A DNA stretch of 64,000 nucleotides from Brevibacillus humidisoli (GCF_020923435.1 NZ_CP087263.1:885970-949969), one strand, 5' to 3'. Positions 27,619-37,569 are shown, counted from the first letter of the stretch. Notes: generated from the sequence alone by a model not told the origin. Translations and numbers: made by a program.

Positions 27619-29257
27619 AGATAACAAGCTCGCTTTTGCCTTTGTCGCTACAGCGTTCGCGTTCTTTTTTATCGGAACCATCTGCGGCCTGCTTCAAGGC
27701 CTGGTTCGCGGCGGATTGATTGAGCTTCCTTACTGGTTGAATTACTACAAGGTACTGACGACACATGGTATTTCTCTGGCACTCTTATTCACAACCTATT
27801 TTATCTACGGATTCTTTTATGCTGGAATACGCAGAACGATGGGAGAGTTGTCTGCAAAGGTACGGACAGCCGGCTGGACAGGGTTCTGGATGATGTTGAT
27901 CGGAACACTGATGGCCGTGGTGATGGTTTCATCTGATCAAGCAACGGTACTCTACACGTTTTATGCGCCATTAAAGGCCTCTCCTTTCTTTTATATCGGG
28001 TTGGCGCTCTTTGTTGTTGGGTCTTGGGTAAGTGGAATCTCCATGATCGCACACTATGCTCAGTGGAAGAAACGACATCCCAACCAAACCACGCCATTGT
28101 TCGGCTTTATGACCGTAGCCACCATCTTATTGTGGATTATCGCTTGTCTCGGGGTAGCCGCAACCGTTCTATTGCAGTTGATCCCGTGGTCTTTTGGTCT
28201 GACCGATAAAATCAATATTTTGTTAAGCCGAACGCTATTCTGGTATTTTGGACATCCATTGGTCTACTTTTGGCTGCTGCCCGCCTATATGTACTGGTAT
28301 GTTTCAGTGCCGAAGGTTGTGGGGGGCAAAATCTTTAGTGACAGCCTGGCTCGCTTAGCCTTTGTCATGTTCCTGCTGTTCTCCATCCCCGTCGGATTTC
28401 ACCATCAGCTGATGGAACCGGGTATCCACGAGTCTTGGAAGCTGATCCAAGTTGTGCTGACCCTGATGGTCGTTATTCCTTCTCTGCTAACTGCGTTTTC
28501 GATGTTTGCCACCTTTGAATCGGCTGGCAGAAACAAAGGGGCAAAAGGATTGCTGGGCTGGTGGACCAAGCTGCCTTACGGTGATGTTCGGTTCCTCGCT
28601 CCCTTCCTCGGCATGTTGTTTTTCGTCCCGGCGGGAATCGGGGGGATTATCAACACCAGTTATCAATTAAACGAAGTTGTTCACAACACGCTTTGGGTTG
28701 TGGGACACTTCCATATCACGGTAGGGGCCGCTGTCGTGATGAGCTTTTTTGGCATCGCGTACTGGCTGGTTCCTTATCTGACAGGGAGAAGGCTGACCAA
28801 AGCCTTGAACCGGTTAGGCGTTTTCCAAATCGTTTTATGGGCTGTCGGGATGTTCATCATGTCTACTGCGATGCATGTGTTGGGACTGTATGGAGCACCG
28901 AGAAGAACGGCGTTTAGCATGTACAACGATCATGCTGTTGCGCTCGACTGGTTCCGCGGTATCGTGGCCAACCAGTTGTATCTGCCGATCGGAGCGTTCT
29001 TTCTTTTCCTCTCTTCTATGCTGATGGTCTATCTGTTTGTCTATCTGGCCTGCCTCGCCCCCAAAGCTACGAGCCAGAACGCCGAGGAATTCCCTGTTTC
29101 TGAAGCAGAAAATAAGGAAGAGAGGCCGCCTGCTGTTCTTGATAACTGGAAGGTTTGGATCAGCGTTTGCGCTGTCTTGATCTTGCTGGCGTATACCGTA
29201 CCGGTGCTTGATATGATTCAGCATGCTCCCGGATCGCCTGGGTACAGAACGTGGTAA
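27602..29257 (+). CDS. heme-copper oxidase subunit I (B-family, ba3-like)
   Basis: 551 aa, about 13 TM segments. CuB/heme ligands GHPLVYFWLLP (His plus cross-link Tyr), GFHHQ, HNTLWVVGHFHITVG. Start overlaps the end of subunit II. Confidence 0.85.
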   Translation: MPTINKDNKLAFAFVATAFAFFFIGTICGLLQGLVRGGLIELPYWLNYYKVLTTHGISLALLFTTYFIYGFFYAGIRRTMGELSAKVRTAGWTGFWMMLIGTLMAVVMVSSDQATVLYTFYAPLKASPFFYIGLALFVVGSWVSGISMIAHYAQWKKRHPNQTTPLFGFMTVATILLWIIACLGVAATVLLQLIPWSFGLTDKINILLSRTLFWYFGHPLVYFWLLPAYMYWYVSVPKVVGGKIFSDSLARLAFVMFLLFSIPVGFHHQLMEPGIHESWKLIQVVLTLMVVIPSLLTAFSMFATFESAGRNKGAKGLLGWWTKLPYGDVRFLAPFLGMLFFVPAGIGGIINTSYQLNEVVHNTLWVVGHFHITVGAAVVMSFFGIAYWLVPYLTGRRLTKALNRLGVFQIVLWAVGMFIMSTAMHVLGLYGAPRRTAFSMYNDHAVALDWFRGIVANQLYLPIGAFFLFLSSMLMVYLFVYLACLAPKATSQNAEEFPVSEAENKEERPPAVLDNWKVWISVCAVLILLAYTVPVLDMIQHAPGSPGYRTW

Positions 29258-29492
29258 GCAAAAGCTTCCTAAATACGGCAAGCAAACAGGTAAGTTAGGA
29301 CGCAAACAACTCTGCCCGACACTATTGGTGGCGTGATAGCCGGACTAAGATAGGTGTCGGGCTTTCGCTCTTAAGCAGGCTGTGTTTGTGCAAAGATAGG
29401 CACACGAATAAGCATGGTTCCGTTCCAAGCATATCGTATTATGACCACCAATAATCAGGAGAGACAGGAACAGGGGAGCGGAAAAACGAACG

Positions 29493-29957
29493 GTGTATAC
29501 TGGTTCGAGGGGGTGGGCCATCATTGAATTCAGATCCCTATTGAGAAATATCAGGAGAAAAAAAGCGATCGGAGAGGGCGTCTATCGACGTGTCTATGAC
29601 CTAGGCAATGGTTATGTCTTAAAAGCAGCCAAATCCAGACCCGGCAGAAGGTGCAACAGAAGAGAAGTGAAGATATACAGATCTTCTCCCTATAAGATAA
29701 AAAAGCATCTTGGCAAAATCGTAGCGTATCGGGACGATTACCGGATGTTAATCATGAAAAAATACGTTCGGAAACTGCCTGCATCAAAAGAATATCAGCG
29801 GAAATTTCTTGAATTGGTAAGCCGATTTAAGCAGCACGGCATCATTCTGTATGATGTTGTGCGACGCCATGGAAGACCGAATGAACGGAATATACGTCTC
29901 AAGCCCAATGGTAGGATCGTTGTGATTGATTATGGAAATCTGAAACGCCGCAAATGA
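29493..29957 (+). CDS. small basic protein with a protein-kinase-like N-lobe (Gly-rich loop + VLK lysine), possible atypical or pseudo-kinase
   Basis: AIGEGVYRRVYDLGNGYVLKAAK resembles a GxGxxG loop plus the VAIK lysine. A later HGRPNERNIRL...IVVIDYG resembles the catalytic and DFG regions, but the catalytic Asp is replaced (HGR). Very Arg/Lys-rich. Start uncertain. Confidence 0.3.
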   Translation: MYTGSRGWAIIEFRSLLRNIRRKKAIGEGVYRRVYDLGNGYVLKAAKSRPGRRCNRREVKIYRSSPYKIKKHLGKIVAYRDDYRMLIMKKYVRKLPASKEYQRKFLELVSRFKQHGIILYDVVRRHGRPNERNIRLKPNGRIVVIDYGNLKRRK

Positions 29958-30072
29958 ACCATTTTCTCGACAGACCGCAAATAATCAGGGCAGTGAAAGC
30001 GTGAGATCCCGATCGTGTCCCGCTGTTGCATGACGTCCGAGTTATCTCAATCGGACGTCTTTTTTTCGGAGA

Positions 30073-30393
30073 CTACCAATCCCACTTGCTCTCCTTCAGA
30101 TTGAATCGGTAGGCAATGACATAAATCAGCGGTTCTTTCACACTCCTCAGCGAGTCTTCTGTGCAGCTTGACTCGGGTTTATACCCTAGTTGCTGTGCTT
30201 TTGACCATGTTGTCTCTCCCAGATTGTTGGTTTTTTCCGCCTGTTCAAAACAAGGTGGGGAAATCAACGTGCGATACGTGTGTTCCAGGATGATACGAGT
30301 GTCGGCGGGAGGACCGACGTCCACTTTTACGATAAACAGACTGACGAGTACCAGTACTGAAACAATAGACCAGATCACAGATTTGCTTCTCAT
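30073..30393 (-). CDS. hypothetical membrane-anchored protein (106 aa)
   Basis: N-terminal TM anchor (VIWSIVSVLVLVSLFIV) then an 80 aa polar domain. No family recognised. Confidence 0.3.
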   Translation of the reverse strand: MRSKSVIWSIVSVLVLVSLFIVKVDVGPPADTRIILEHTYRTLISPPCFEQAEKTNNLGETTWSKAQQLGYKPESSCTEDSLRSVKEPLIYVIAYRFNLKESKWDW

Positions 30394-30596
30394 CCGATTT
30401 CACCTCGCAGCCGATTATACCATGAAAGTCGCTGAATCAGACATTCTAAATGGAAGGCAGCAGCATAGAACATTCATGGGGTAAAGCCTTGCCTCTCAAT
30501 GCAGTATCCAATGATCAGAATAGGAAGGTGTGGCAGAAAAGAAGCTCCGCTTCGATGCTAGCGGAGCTGCAAGAGTAGATGGCGGACAACCTGTAG

Positions 30597-30788
30597 TTAA
30601 CTGCTGAAAAAACTGCCGCTGGAATGCTTTTTCTTGTAGTGGGTTTTCCCGTAGTAAGAATGCCCATGATGCTTGGACGGATGGTGCCGTTTCATGTACG
30701 TGTAGTCGCTGCTGCTGTACTTACGGTATTTGTGAGACGTTGAACTGCTGCCCAGCAGACTCTTGATCAGCTTTTTTAACACCTTCAT
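30597..30788 (-). CDS. His/Tyr/Lys/Ser-rich small basic protein (63 aa), possibly spore-coat-like low-complexity protein
   Basis: MKVLKKLIKSLLGSSSTSHKYRKYSSSDYTYMKRHHPSKHHGHSYYGKTHYKKKHSSGSFFSS. Composition recalls CotG-type coat proteins. Speculative. Confidence 0.25.
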   Translation of the reverse strand: MKVLKKLIKSLLGSSSTSHKYRKYSSSDYTYMKRHHPSKHHGHSYYGKTHYKKKHSSGSFFSS

Positions 30789-31085
30789 CGCTCCCTTTTC
30801 CGGTCTTACCTTCTTTTACGTATTTAGCAGGTTGAAAGTTGCGAAATCGCTCTGTTATAAACATGTAACCAACTCGACTTTCGTGGCACAGCATACAACT
30901 GGATGCCCGTGCTTGGCCGACTAGAAAGTATTCCTTTATTATCCAGACTACTATTGATATGATAGATTCGTGCATGTGCTATCTGTTTTGGATTTCCGGA
31001 TGGTCCAACAGTGCTTGTTCCGCGATGGGAACCAAGTATCCTGCGACAAAAGCATTTGCACTCGACATGTGTGGGACATGTATGA

Positions 31086-31113
31086 TGAGGTTCGAATCCT
31101 CAATCGCCTTTCA
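31086..31113 (+). other. tRNA 3'-end-like fragment (T-arm + acceptor 3' strand), possible integration-site remnant
   Basis: TGAGG-TTCGAAT-CCTCA (canonical T-stem and T-loop), then ATCGCCT, T, TCA. No complementary 5' acceptor strand (AGGCGAT/GGGCGAT) or D / anticodon arms within 80 nt upstream. Confidence 0.3.
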
Positions 31114-31442
31114 CGCGATTAACTCAATGAGCACTCGGCTGTCGCCGGGAAACTAACAAGCAAACGCCCCTTTTGAATCCTCAGCGGTGTTCGTCTCGGA
31201 CATGCGCACTGAATCGGCCGCTCTGCAGGCTGGCGGATACCGGGGGGTTGCCTCATTTCTGCACGGAAAAGATTAGGTTCCTCTCTAGGAAATGGTTGAG
31301 ATGACCTCCGCTTTTCTGCCCAGCTCTGAGGTCCCTACCTCAAGCCAGACTCCGCTGCTGATTCAGGAGGATTCTAAAAGGATGGCGGGAAAACAAATGC
31401 AGCCACGCTTCTTTAGACTTGTACAATAATGGGGAGTTAAAG

Positions 31443-32558
31443 ATGAAAAAGGTGCAGATTGCAAACGATGAGAGAGGCCTTCTTTTTAGGAACGGCAATT
31501 ATATCAAATACCTGCGGCCGGGGAGTTATCTGTTTCCTCCTTTTGTCGGCTATCACGCAGAAAGACTAGATATCAACGAGCCGTTTGAGGTGCCCGGTAA
31601 AAACCTGAACTTGTTTTTACATGATCAAGAATTGCTAAAAGATCTAGTCGTGATCGATGTACCCGATCATGAATACGTTCTTCATTTTGAAGATGGGAGA
31701 TTTGCCAATCTTTACACGTCTGGCAAGTATGCGTTTTGGAATGTGATTGACCTGCACGATTTTGTCAGGGTCGACATTCGCAACCCAGAGGTAAGTTCAG
31801 AGATTGATCGATCCATCTTTCAACACTCGAATATGTTTGGATACTATTCCTCCTTTGAAGTAGCCAGTTATGAGACGGGTATCCTCTACTACAACCATAC
31901 GATGCAAAAGGAGCTGCCTCCAGGCAAGTATTTTTTCTGGAGAGGACCGGTATCGGTACAGGTCAAGACAGTTGACACCAGACAGCAGCAATTGGATATG
32001 ACCGGGCAGGAAATGATGACGGAAGACAAAGTGACACTCCGCCTCAATTTCGTGTGTCAGTACAAAATCACAAATCCGCTGAAAATAACGGAGATCAAGG
32101 ATTTTGAAGAGCAAGTCTACATTCTCCTGCAGCTGATCCTGCGAGAGTATGTAGGCACCTTAAAGCTGGATGACCTATTAAAAATGAAGCAGGAAGTTGG
32201 AAGCTTCGTCTTATCCCGTTTAAATGAAAAAAGCGCGGAGTTTGGCGTGCAGTTCATCTACGCCGGGGTGAAGGACATTATCTTGCCTGGGGATGTCAAA
32301 GAAATTTTAAATACGGTGCTGCTCGCCGAGAAGAAGGCACAGGCCAATATCATTACCCGTCGAGAAGAAACGGCTTCTACCAGAAGTCTCTTAAATACCG
32401 CGAAATTAATGGATGAGAATCAAACTCTGTACCGATTAAAAGAGTTGGAGTTTTTGGAGAAGATATGTGAAAAAATTGGGAATGTCTCGTTAGTAGGCGG
32501 GGGGAATTTGCTGGAACAGTTGAATTCGCTTTTGGCGACGCGAGATCGCGAAAAATAG
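31443..32558 (+). CDS. SPFH/Band 7 domain protein (flotillin/slipin-like), no N-terminal TM
   Basis: N-terminus VQIANDERGLLFRNGNYIKYLRPGSY is the usual start of an SPFH domain. The C-terminal half has further SPFH/HflC-like segments (FGVQFIYAGVKDIILPGDV...AEKKAQANIITRREE). Start ATG 31443 after GGGGAG. Confidence 0.65.
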   Translation: MKKVQIANDERGLLFRNGNYIKYLRPGSYLFPPFVGYHAERLDINEPFEVPGKNLNLFLHDQELLKDLVVIDVPDHEYVLHFEDGRFANLYTSGKYAFWNVIDLHDFVRVDIRNPEVSSEIDRSIFQHSNMFGYYSSFEVASYETGILYYNHTMQKELPPGKYFFWRGPVSVQVKTVDTRQQQLDMTGQEMMTEDKVTLRLNFVCQYKITNPLKITEIKDFEEQVYILLQLILREYVGTLKLDDLLKMKQEVGSFVLSRLNEKSAEFGVQFIYAGVKDIILPGDVKEILNTVLLAEKKAQANIITRREETASTRSLLNTAKLMDENQTLYRLKELEFLEKICEKIGNVSLVGGGNLLEQLNSLLATRDREK

Positions 32559-33057
32559 CTGGAAGTTCCCCGGTGCTGATTCCGTCAATGTTCACAAGTC
32601 GTTTACGCAGTACCTGCAGCCGTCCAGATGAAGTGGGACGGCTGCAGGACTTTCTTTTTACAAGTCTCTTCGATGCAGCTTTCCTCCTCGTTTCTCCTGG
32701 TACATCTAGTATCACCTCCGTCCTCCAACGCTGGTCCGTCACTGGCCTGTCACGGGTGTTCGCCTTTCTGTTGCGTTACCGATCTCTATCCGTTTCCAAT
32801 GAATTAGGTAAGGTTATAACCAATTACGACAAAAACATTATAATGAATATCAGGATGTTTGGTTTGCATGAAGAACGGAAAGCAACTGAACACACATAAA
32901 ACCAAGTTTTATACGTGTTTTACAGAGAGAAAATCATGGTAAGAGGAAATTTTCCGAAAATATATTGAAAAATTCATTATGATGATGTAATGTTTAAGTA
33001 TAGATCGTGAATATAAAGTCGTTAAAACATAATAATGAATTGTGGAGTTGATGTGCC

Positions 33058-33810
33058 TTGCTAAGTAAAGAGTCGCATGAACCGTTATATGTGCAGCTGC
33101 AAAAAAGCCTGCGCGAGTATATTGAAGAACATTTGCAACCGGGCGACATGTTGCCCACCGAGCCGGAAATCGAAAAAACATATCAGGTGAGCCGGATGAC
33201 CGTGCGAAAGGCGATCGACTCCCTGGTGGCGGAAGGCTTGGTGGTGAAGCAGCAGGGGCGGGGAACGTTTGTTCAGAAACAAAAAATCACACAGGATATG
33301 GAGAGCATCACCAGTTGGACGGAAGAGATGAGGCAGAAGGGAAAAACACCTGGTACGAGGGGATTGGAAATTAGCGAGGTGCGCCCGTCCAAAAAAATGA
33401 TTGCCGAGATGGGGCTTGATCCCGACGAATCGATTATTTGCATCAAGCGGATTCGCTGCGCAGACGGAGAGCCGATCGCGATCATGATCAACTACCTGCG
33501 GGCCAAATTTTTACCTGGATTTTTGGAGCGAGGTCTCTCCAATGAATCGTTATACAGTGAATTGGAGACGACTTACGGTGTAAAAATCGAACGGGCCGAT
33601 GAATTGATCCGCGCCAGGGAAGCTTCTGAATTGGAAGCGTTTGAGCTGGAAATCCCGCCTGATTCGGCGGTTCTGCATATCACCCGCCATTCGATGCTGT
33701 CCGATGGGACCCCGATCGAACGAGTGGAGATGATTTGCCGCGCCGACCGTTATCAATACCGCATCTCTTTATATGGTCGCAGAAAACAAAGGGTTATCGA
33801 TTTCAACTAG
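33058..33810 (+). CDS. GntR/HutC family transcriptional regulator (HTH + UTRA effector domain)
   Basis: LYVQLQKSLREYIEEHLQPGDMLPTEPEIEKTYQVSRMTVRKAIDSLVAEGLVVKQQGRGTFV, followed by a UTRA-like C-terminal domain. TTG start. Confidence 0.8.
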   Translation: MLSKESHEPLYVQLQKSLREYIEEHLQPGDMLPTEPEIEKTYQVSRMTVRKAIDSLVAEGLVVKQQGRGTFVQKQKITQDMESITSWTEEMRQKGKTPGTRGLEISEVRPSKKMIAEMGLDPDESIICIKRIRCADGEPIAIMINYLRAKFLPGFLERGLSNESLYSELETTYGVKIERADELIRAREASELEAFELEIPPDSAVLHITRHSMLSDGTPIERVEMICRADRYQYRISLYGRRKQRVIDFN

Positions 33811-33819
33811 AGAGGACAG

Positions 33820-34257
33820 ATGTGTATGCTGCCGTTGTGCCAAGATGTTGTACTGCTTGATGCTGAAGCGAACAGTGCCGAAGAAGCGATTCGCCTTGCC
33901 GGTGATTTGCTGGTAAAGGCGGGGAAAGTGGCTCCGGAATACGTAGAGGCGATGGTGAAAGGCTATCAGGATATTGGGCCTTACATTGTCTTGGCGCCGG
34001 GGATTGCTATCCCGCATGCTCGTCCAGAGCACGGGGTGAAGGAACAGTGTGTCTCGCTGATCCGTCTGAACCAACCTGTAGCGTTTGGTCATCCCACCAA
34101 CGATCCGGTTCGGTTGGTATGCGCGATCGGCGGGGTAGACGATACCGGTCATATCGGGATGCTGCAGGAATTGGCTGGCGTGCTGGGGGATTCCGGCAAG
34201 CTGGAGGGGATCTTGGCTGCTGCCAGTTATGAGGAATTGCAGCAAGTCATGCAGTAA
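33820..34257 (+). CDS. PTS EIIA component, ascorbate/mannitol-type (PTS_EIIA_2)
   Basis: Active-site region GIAIPHARPEHGV. 145 aa. Confidence 0.85.
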   Translation: MCMLPLCQDVVLLDAEANSAEEAIRLAGDLLVKAGKVAPEYVEAMVKGYQDIGPYIVLAPGIAIPHARPEHGVKEQCVSLIRLNQPVAFGHPTNDPVRLVCAIGGVDDTGHIGMLQELAGVLGDSGKLEGILAAASYEELQQVMQ

Positions 34258-34300
34258 ATCCAGAGCAGGTTGACATTACAAGCGAAAGGAAGGGGTTCAC

Positions 34301-34591
34301 ATGAGAGTGGTAACGGTTTGCGGTATGGGCTTTGGCACGAGCTTGATGTTGCTGATGGAGGTACAGGCGATCGCGAAGAAACACGGCTTCGCTGTTGATG
34401 GCGAGGCGGTTGACCTGGGCTCGGCAAAAGGGAAGGACTGCGATTTTATGGTCGCTTCCGGAGAGATTGCCTCCGAGTTGGACGGCGAATCGGTTGAAGT
34501 CGTAGCGATCGACAACTTGCTGGACAAACAAGAGATTGAAGAGAAAGTGATGCCTGTCATCAGACGAATCGCAGAGACCAAGGGGGCATAA
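34301..34591 (+). CDS. PTS EIIB component, ascorbate family (SgaB/UlaB-like)
   Basis: Active-site Cys in VVTVCGMGFGTS. 96 aa. Confidence 0.85.
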   Translation: MRVVTVCGMGFGTSLMLLMEVQAIAKKHGFAVDGEAVDLGSAKGKDCDFMVASGEIASELDGESVEVVAIDNLLDKQEIEEKVMPVIRRIAETKGA

Positions 34592-34593
34592 AC

Positions 34594-35856
34594 ATGCTGG
34601 ATTTTGTTACCGCGATTTTAAGTAACCCCGCATTTATCCTGGGGATTATCTCCGCCATCGGTTTGATCGCGTTGCGCAAGTCAACCTCCGACATCATTAA
34701 GGGGACGTTGAAGACGCTGTTTGGTTTTCTGATTTTGCAGGCGGGTGCGGGAATCATCGTCAACGCGCTGGTTCCCTTCAGCACCATGTTTACCAGCGCG
34801 TTTGGCCTAAACGGGATTGTAGCAGAGGACAATTCGCTGGTTGCCGCGGTCCAAACCGTATTGGGCAAAGAGACTGCACTAATCATGGTCTTTTCCTTCC
34901 TGATTAACCTGATACTGGCCCGGATCACGCCATGGAAATACATCTTTCTGACTGGGCACATGATGTTTTCCTTTGCCGGGACGATGGCGATTACCCTGGA
35001 CCAGATGGGAATTACCGGTGTGCAGGCGATCGTCATCGGCTCACTCGTACAAGGGGTTTCCATGGTTCTCTTCCCCGCGATTTCCCAGCCATTCGTACGT
35101 AAAGTGGCCGGCAATGACAATGTCGCCTTCGGTTTCTGGGGCAGTTCATGGATCAGTCTCTCTGGCTGGGTAGGTGGATTAGTAGGCGATAAAACAAAAA
35201 GTTCGGAAGATATCAAAGTGCCGAAACAATTGGATTTTTTGAAAGATATGTCTGTGTTGATGGGGATCGTGATGGTGTTGGTGTACGTGATTACCGCACT
35301 GTTTGTTGACCCGGCGACGATGGCTGAGATTACCAATGGTCAAAATACCTTCTTGTTTGCGATCATCACCGCCTTAACATTTGTTGCCGGCGTGCTCGTT
35401 TTGCTGCAAGGGGTAAGGATGTTCCTGGGAGAAATCATTCCGGCGTTTAAAGGGGTGGGTGAGAAAATCGTCCCAGGGGCGAAGCCCGCGCTGGATGTGC
35501 CGATTTTCTACTCGTTTGCACCTGTCGCTGTGACCATCGGCTTTTTGTCAGCGATGGTGGGTGGTCTCTTGGTCACGTTTATCTCCAAATGGCTGCCGGT
35601 AGTGGTCTTGCCATCCGTGATCGGCCTCTTCTTTATGGGAGGTGCGGCCGGTGTCTTCGGGAACGCTGTTGGCGGACGACGGGGAGCGGTGGTCGGCGGA
35701 TTTTTCCTCGGCTTCACCTTCTCGCTTTTGATCGCTTTGGCTTATCCTCTGGTTGACGTTGGCAAATACGGCATCCAAGGCTTGTGGTTCGCTTCCCCCG
35801 ATGCTGTCATCGTGGTGATTATCATGCGTTTGGCTGGCATGCTGTTTGGGGTCTAA
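34594..35856 (+). CDS. PTS EIIC permease, ascorbate family (SgaT/UlaA-like)
   Basis: 420 aa polytopic membrane protein. N-terminus MLDFVTAILSNPAFILGIISAIGLIAL and overall architecture typical of UlaA. Confidence 0.85.
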   Translation: MLDFVTAILSNPAFILGIISAIGLIALRKSTSDIIKGTLKTLFGFLILQAGAGIIVNALVPFSTMFTSAFGLNGIVAEDNSLVAAVQTVLGKETALIMVFSFLINLILARITPWKYIFLTGHMMFSFAGTMAITLDQMGITGVQAIVIGSLVQGVSMVLFPAISQPFVRKVAGNDNVAFGFWGSSWISLSGWVGGLVGDKTKSSEDIKVPKQLDFLKDMSVLMGIVMVLVYVITALFVDPATMAEITNGQNTFLFAIITALTFVAGVLVLLQGVRMFLGEIIPAFKGVGEKIVPGAKPALDVPIFYSFAPVAVTIGFLSAMVGGLLVTFISKWLPVVVLPSVIGLFFMGGAAGVFGNAVGGRRGAVVGGFFLGFTFSLLIALAYPLVDVGKYGIQGLWFASPDAVIVVIIMRLAGMLFGV

Positions 35857-36011
35857 GAGCGAGGGGCTTGCGATTTCAAATCATGTAATCGGTGGAACGC
35901 GATGCGTTTTCGCCTGAAGCGGCACCTGTGATTTCCTGGCCTCTGCCGGCTGCGCTGTTATCGCGAGCGGTTGAGGCCATCACTTTCAGATAAATAAAAG
36001 GAGTGGAAGAG

Positions 36012-36923
36012 ATGAAAAAGATTCGAACCGTACTGGGTGACATTGCACCTGAAGAATTGGGCTTTACCTATTCGCATGAACATTTGTGGTGCTGCCCGCC
36101 TCCGTCGCAAAAGGATCGTGATCTGGAGCTGACCAACTATGATGCTTCTCTGCAGGAACTGCTTCATTTCAAATCAGTTGGCGGTCAGGCTCTGGTTGAT
36201 GCCTCTACGCTCGATTACGGCCGCGATGGCGGCAAATTGAAAAGCATGTCGGAAGCGGCCGGTGTCCACGTCGTTGGCACCACCGGGTTTAACAAACATA
36301 TCTATTTCCCGGATTGGGTGGAAAAAGAGAGCATTGAACAAATCAAAGATCGACTGGTGCACGATGTAACGATTGGAATGGATGGCAGTGATGCCAAGGC
36401 TGGCTTTCTCAAAGCGGGCTCCTGGCTGCAGTTGATTCACCCGCTGGAAGAGAAAGTGACTCGTGCCGTTGCCCGCGCCCAGTTGGAAACAAATGCGCCG
36501 ATCTGGCTGCATACGGAAGCGGGTACGATGGGGATGGAGATGCTAGACATCCTGGAAGAAGAAGGAGTCGACTTGAGGGTGGTTGCGGTTGGACATAGTG
36601 ACCGCAATGCTGATCCGTACTACCACCTGCAGTTGGCGAAGCGAGGGGCCTATGTCCAATTCGACGGGGTGAGCAAGGTGAAATATTATCCGGACAGTAC
36701 CCGTGTCGCTCTGATTAAAAACATGATCGACAACGGATTTTTGGAGCAGCTGCTGATCTCTGGCGACATGGGACGGCAAAGCTACCTGCATGCATATGGC
36801 GGCGGTCCTGGATTCAAATATATCAAGACCAAGTTTATCCCCCGGCTGCTTGACGAGGGCATCACGCAAGAGCAGATTGATACGATCTTCGTGAAAAATC
36901 CAGCCCGCTGGCTGGCGTTTTAA
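36012..36923 (+). CDS. phosphotriesterase-family protein (PHP/PTE-like lactonase, binuclear metal TIM barrel)
   Basis: HxH motif (FTYSHEHLW), later His ligands (WLHTEAG, VAVGHSD) and the terminal Asp region (ISGDMGR). RBS AAAAGGAG 9 nt before ATG 36012. Confidence 0.8.
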   Translation: MKKIRTVLGDIAPEELGFTYSHEHLWCCPPPSQKDRDLELTNYDASLQELLHFKSVGGQALVDASTLDYGRDGGKLKSMSEAAGVHVVGTTGFNKHIYFPDWVEKESIEQIKDRLVHDVTIGMDGSDAKAGFLKAGSWLQLIHPLEEKVTRAVARAQLETNAPIWLHTEAGTMGMEMLDILEEEGVDLRVVAVGHSDRNADPYYHLQLAKRGAYVQFDGVSKVKYYPDSTRVALIKNMIDNGFLEQLLISGDMGRQSYLHAYGGGPGFKYIKTKFIPRLLDEGITQEQIDTIFVKNPARWLAF

Positions 36924-36934
36924 AGGGGGATCCA

Positions 36935-37558
36935 ATGAGACTGGCACAAGGTGAAATTGTTGCGATCATTCGCGGCGTCGCGGCAGAGGATGTCTCTGCC
37001 ATCGCCCGTGTGTTGCTGGATGAAGGGATCTCTTGGATGGAGGTTTCGCTGAGTGAAGAGGAGATGGGGCTTGCCTGCATCCGTACGCTGGCCGCCGCAT
37101 TTGGCGACAGCTTGCAGTTGGGAGTCGGCACGGTGACGACGGCGGCGCAAGCAGACAAGGCCATCGAAGCAGGTGCTCGCTATATCATTACGCCAGGGTG
37201 GGATAGAGAGCTGACCCGGTATGTGCTGGCAAAAGGTGTCGATATCTTTCCTGGCGTGTTTACGCCTGGAGAGGTGATGCAGGCATTGGCAGACGGGGTA
37301 GACGTCGTCAAGCTGTTTCCGGCCGGTTCCCTCGGGACCGATTTTGTGAAGCAGTTGTTTGGACCGTTTCCTCGTTTGCAATTGATGGCAGTTGGCGGGA
37401 TCAACCGGTCAAACCTACAGGATTTTTATGCCGCGGGCTGCCGTTCTTTCGGGATTGGCAGCGATCTGGTGCCGAGGGGGGCAACCGGCGAGCAGCTGGA
37501 GCAGATTCAAAAAAATGCGGCTGAGTATATGAAGTTGGTGCAAACGCTAAAAAAGTGA
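36935..37558 (+). CDS. KDPG/KHG aldolase family protein (Eda-like 2-dehydro-3-deoxy-phospho-sugar-acid aldolase)
   Basis: 207 aa TIM barrel with the Schiff-base Lys in VVKLFPAGS. N-terminal IIRGV... and GVGTVTT motifs typical of Eda/DgoA. Confidence 0.8.
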   Translation: MRLAQGEIVAIIRGVAAEDVSAIARVLLDEGISWMEVSLSEEEMGLACIRTLAAAFGDSLQLGVGTVTTAAQADKAIEAGARYIITPGWDRELTRYVLAKGVDIFPGVFTPGEVMQALADGVDVVKLFPAGSLGTDFVKQLFGPFPRLQLMAVGGINRSNLQDFYAAGCRSFGIGSDLVPRGATGEQLEQIQKNAAEYMKLVQTLKK

Positions 37559-37569
37559 GGTGACTTCTG

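Noticed and set aside
27602-29257. Heme-copper subunit considered as a NOR-type (sNOR/gNOR/CuANOR) enzyme because of the NO-stress context
   Set aside because: It retains the HPLVY Tyr of the His-Tyr cross-link together with the HH pair, and pairs with a full CuA subunit II. That is the pattern of B-family oxygen reductases, not NO reductases.
29305-29353. GCCCGACAC ... GTGTCGGGC hairpin after the oxidase operon
   Set aside because: 31-nt loop and only a weak U-tract (UUUCGCUCUU). At best a weak terminator, so not listed as a feature.
30980-31420. Complete tRNA or tmRNA gene around the TTCGAAT T-loop
   Set aside because: No 5' acceptor strand complementary to ATCGCCT, no D-arm or anticodon arm at the expected spacing, and no tmRNA-like 5' end or tag-peptide reading frame. 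Only the 3' fragment is reported.
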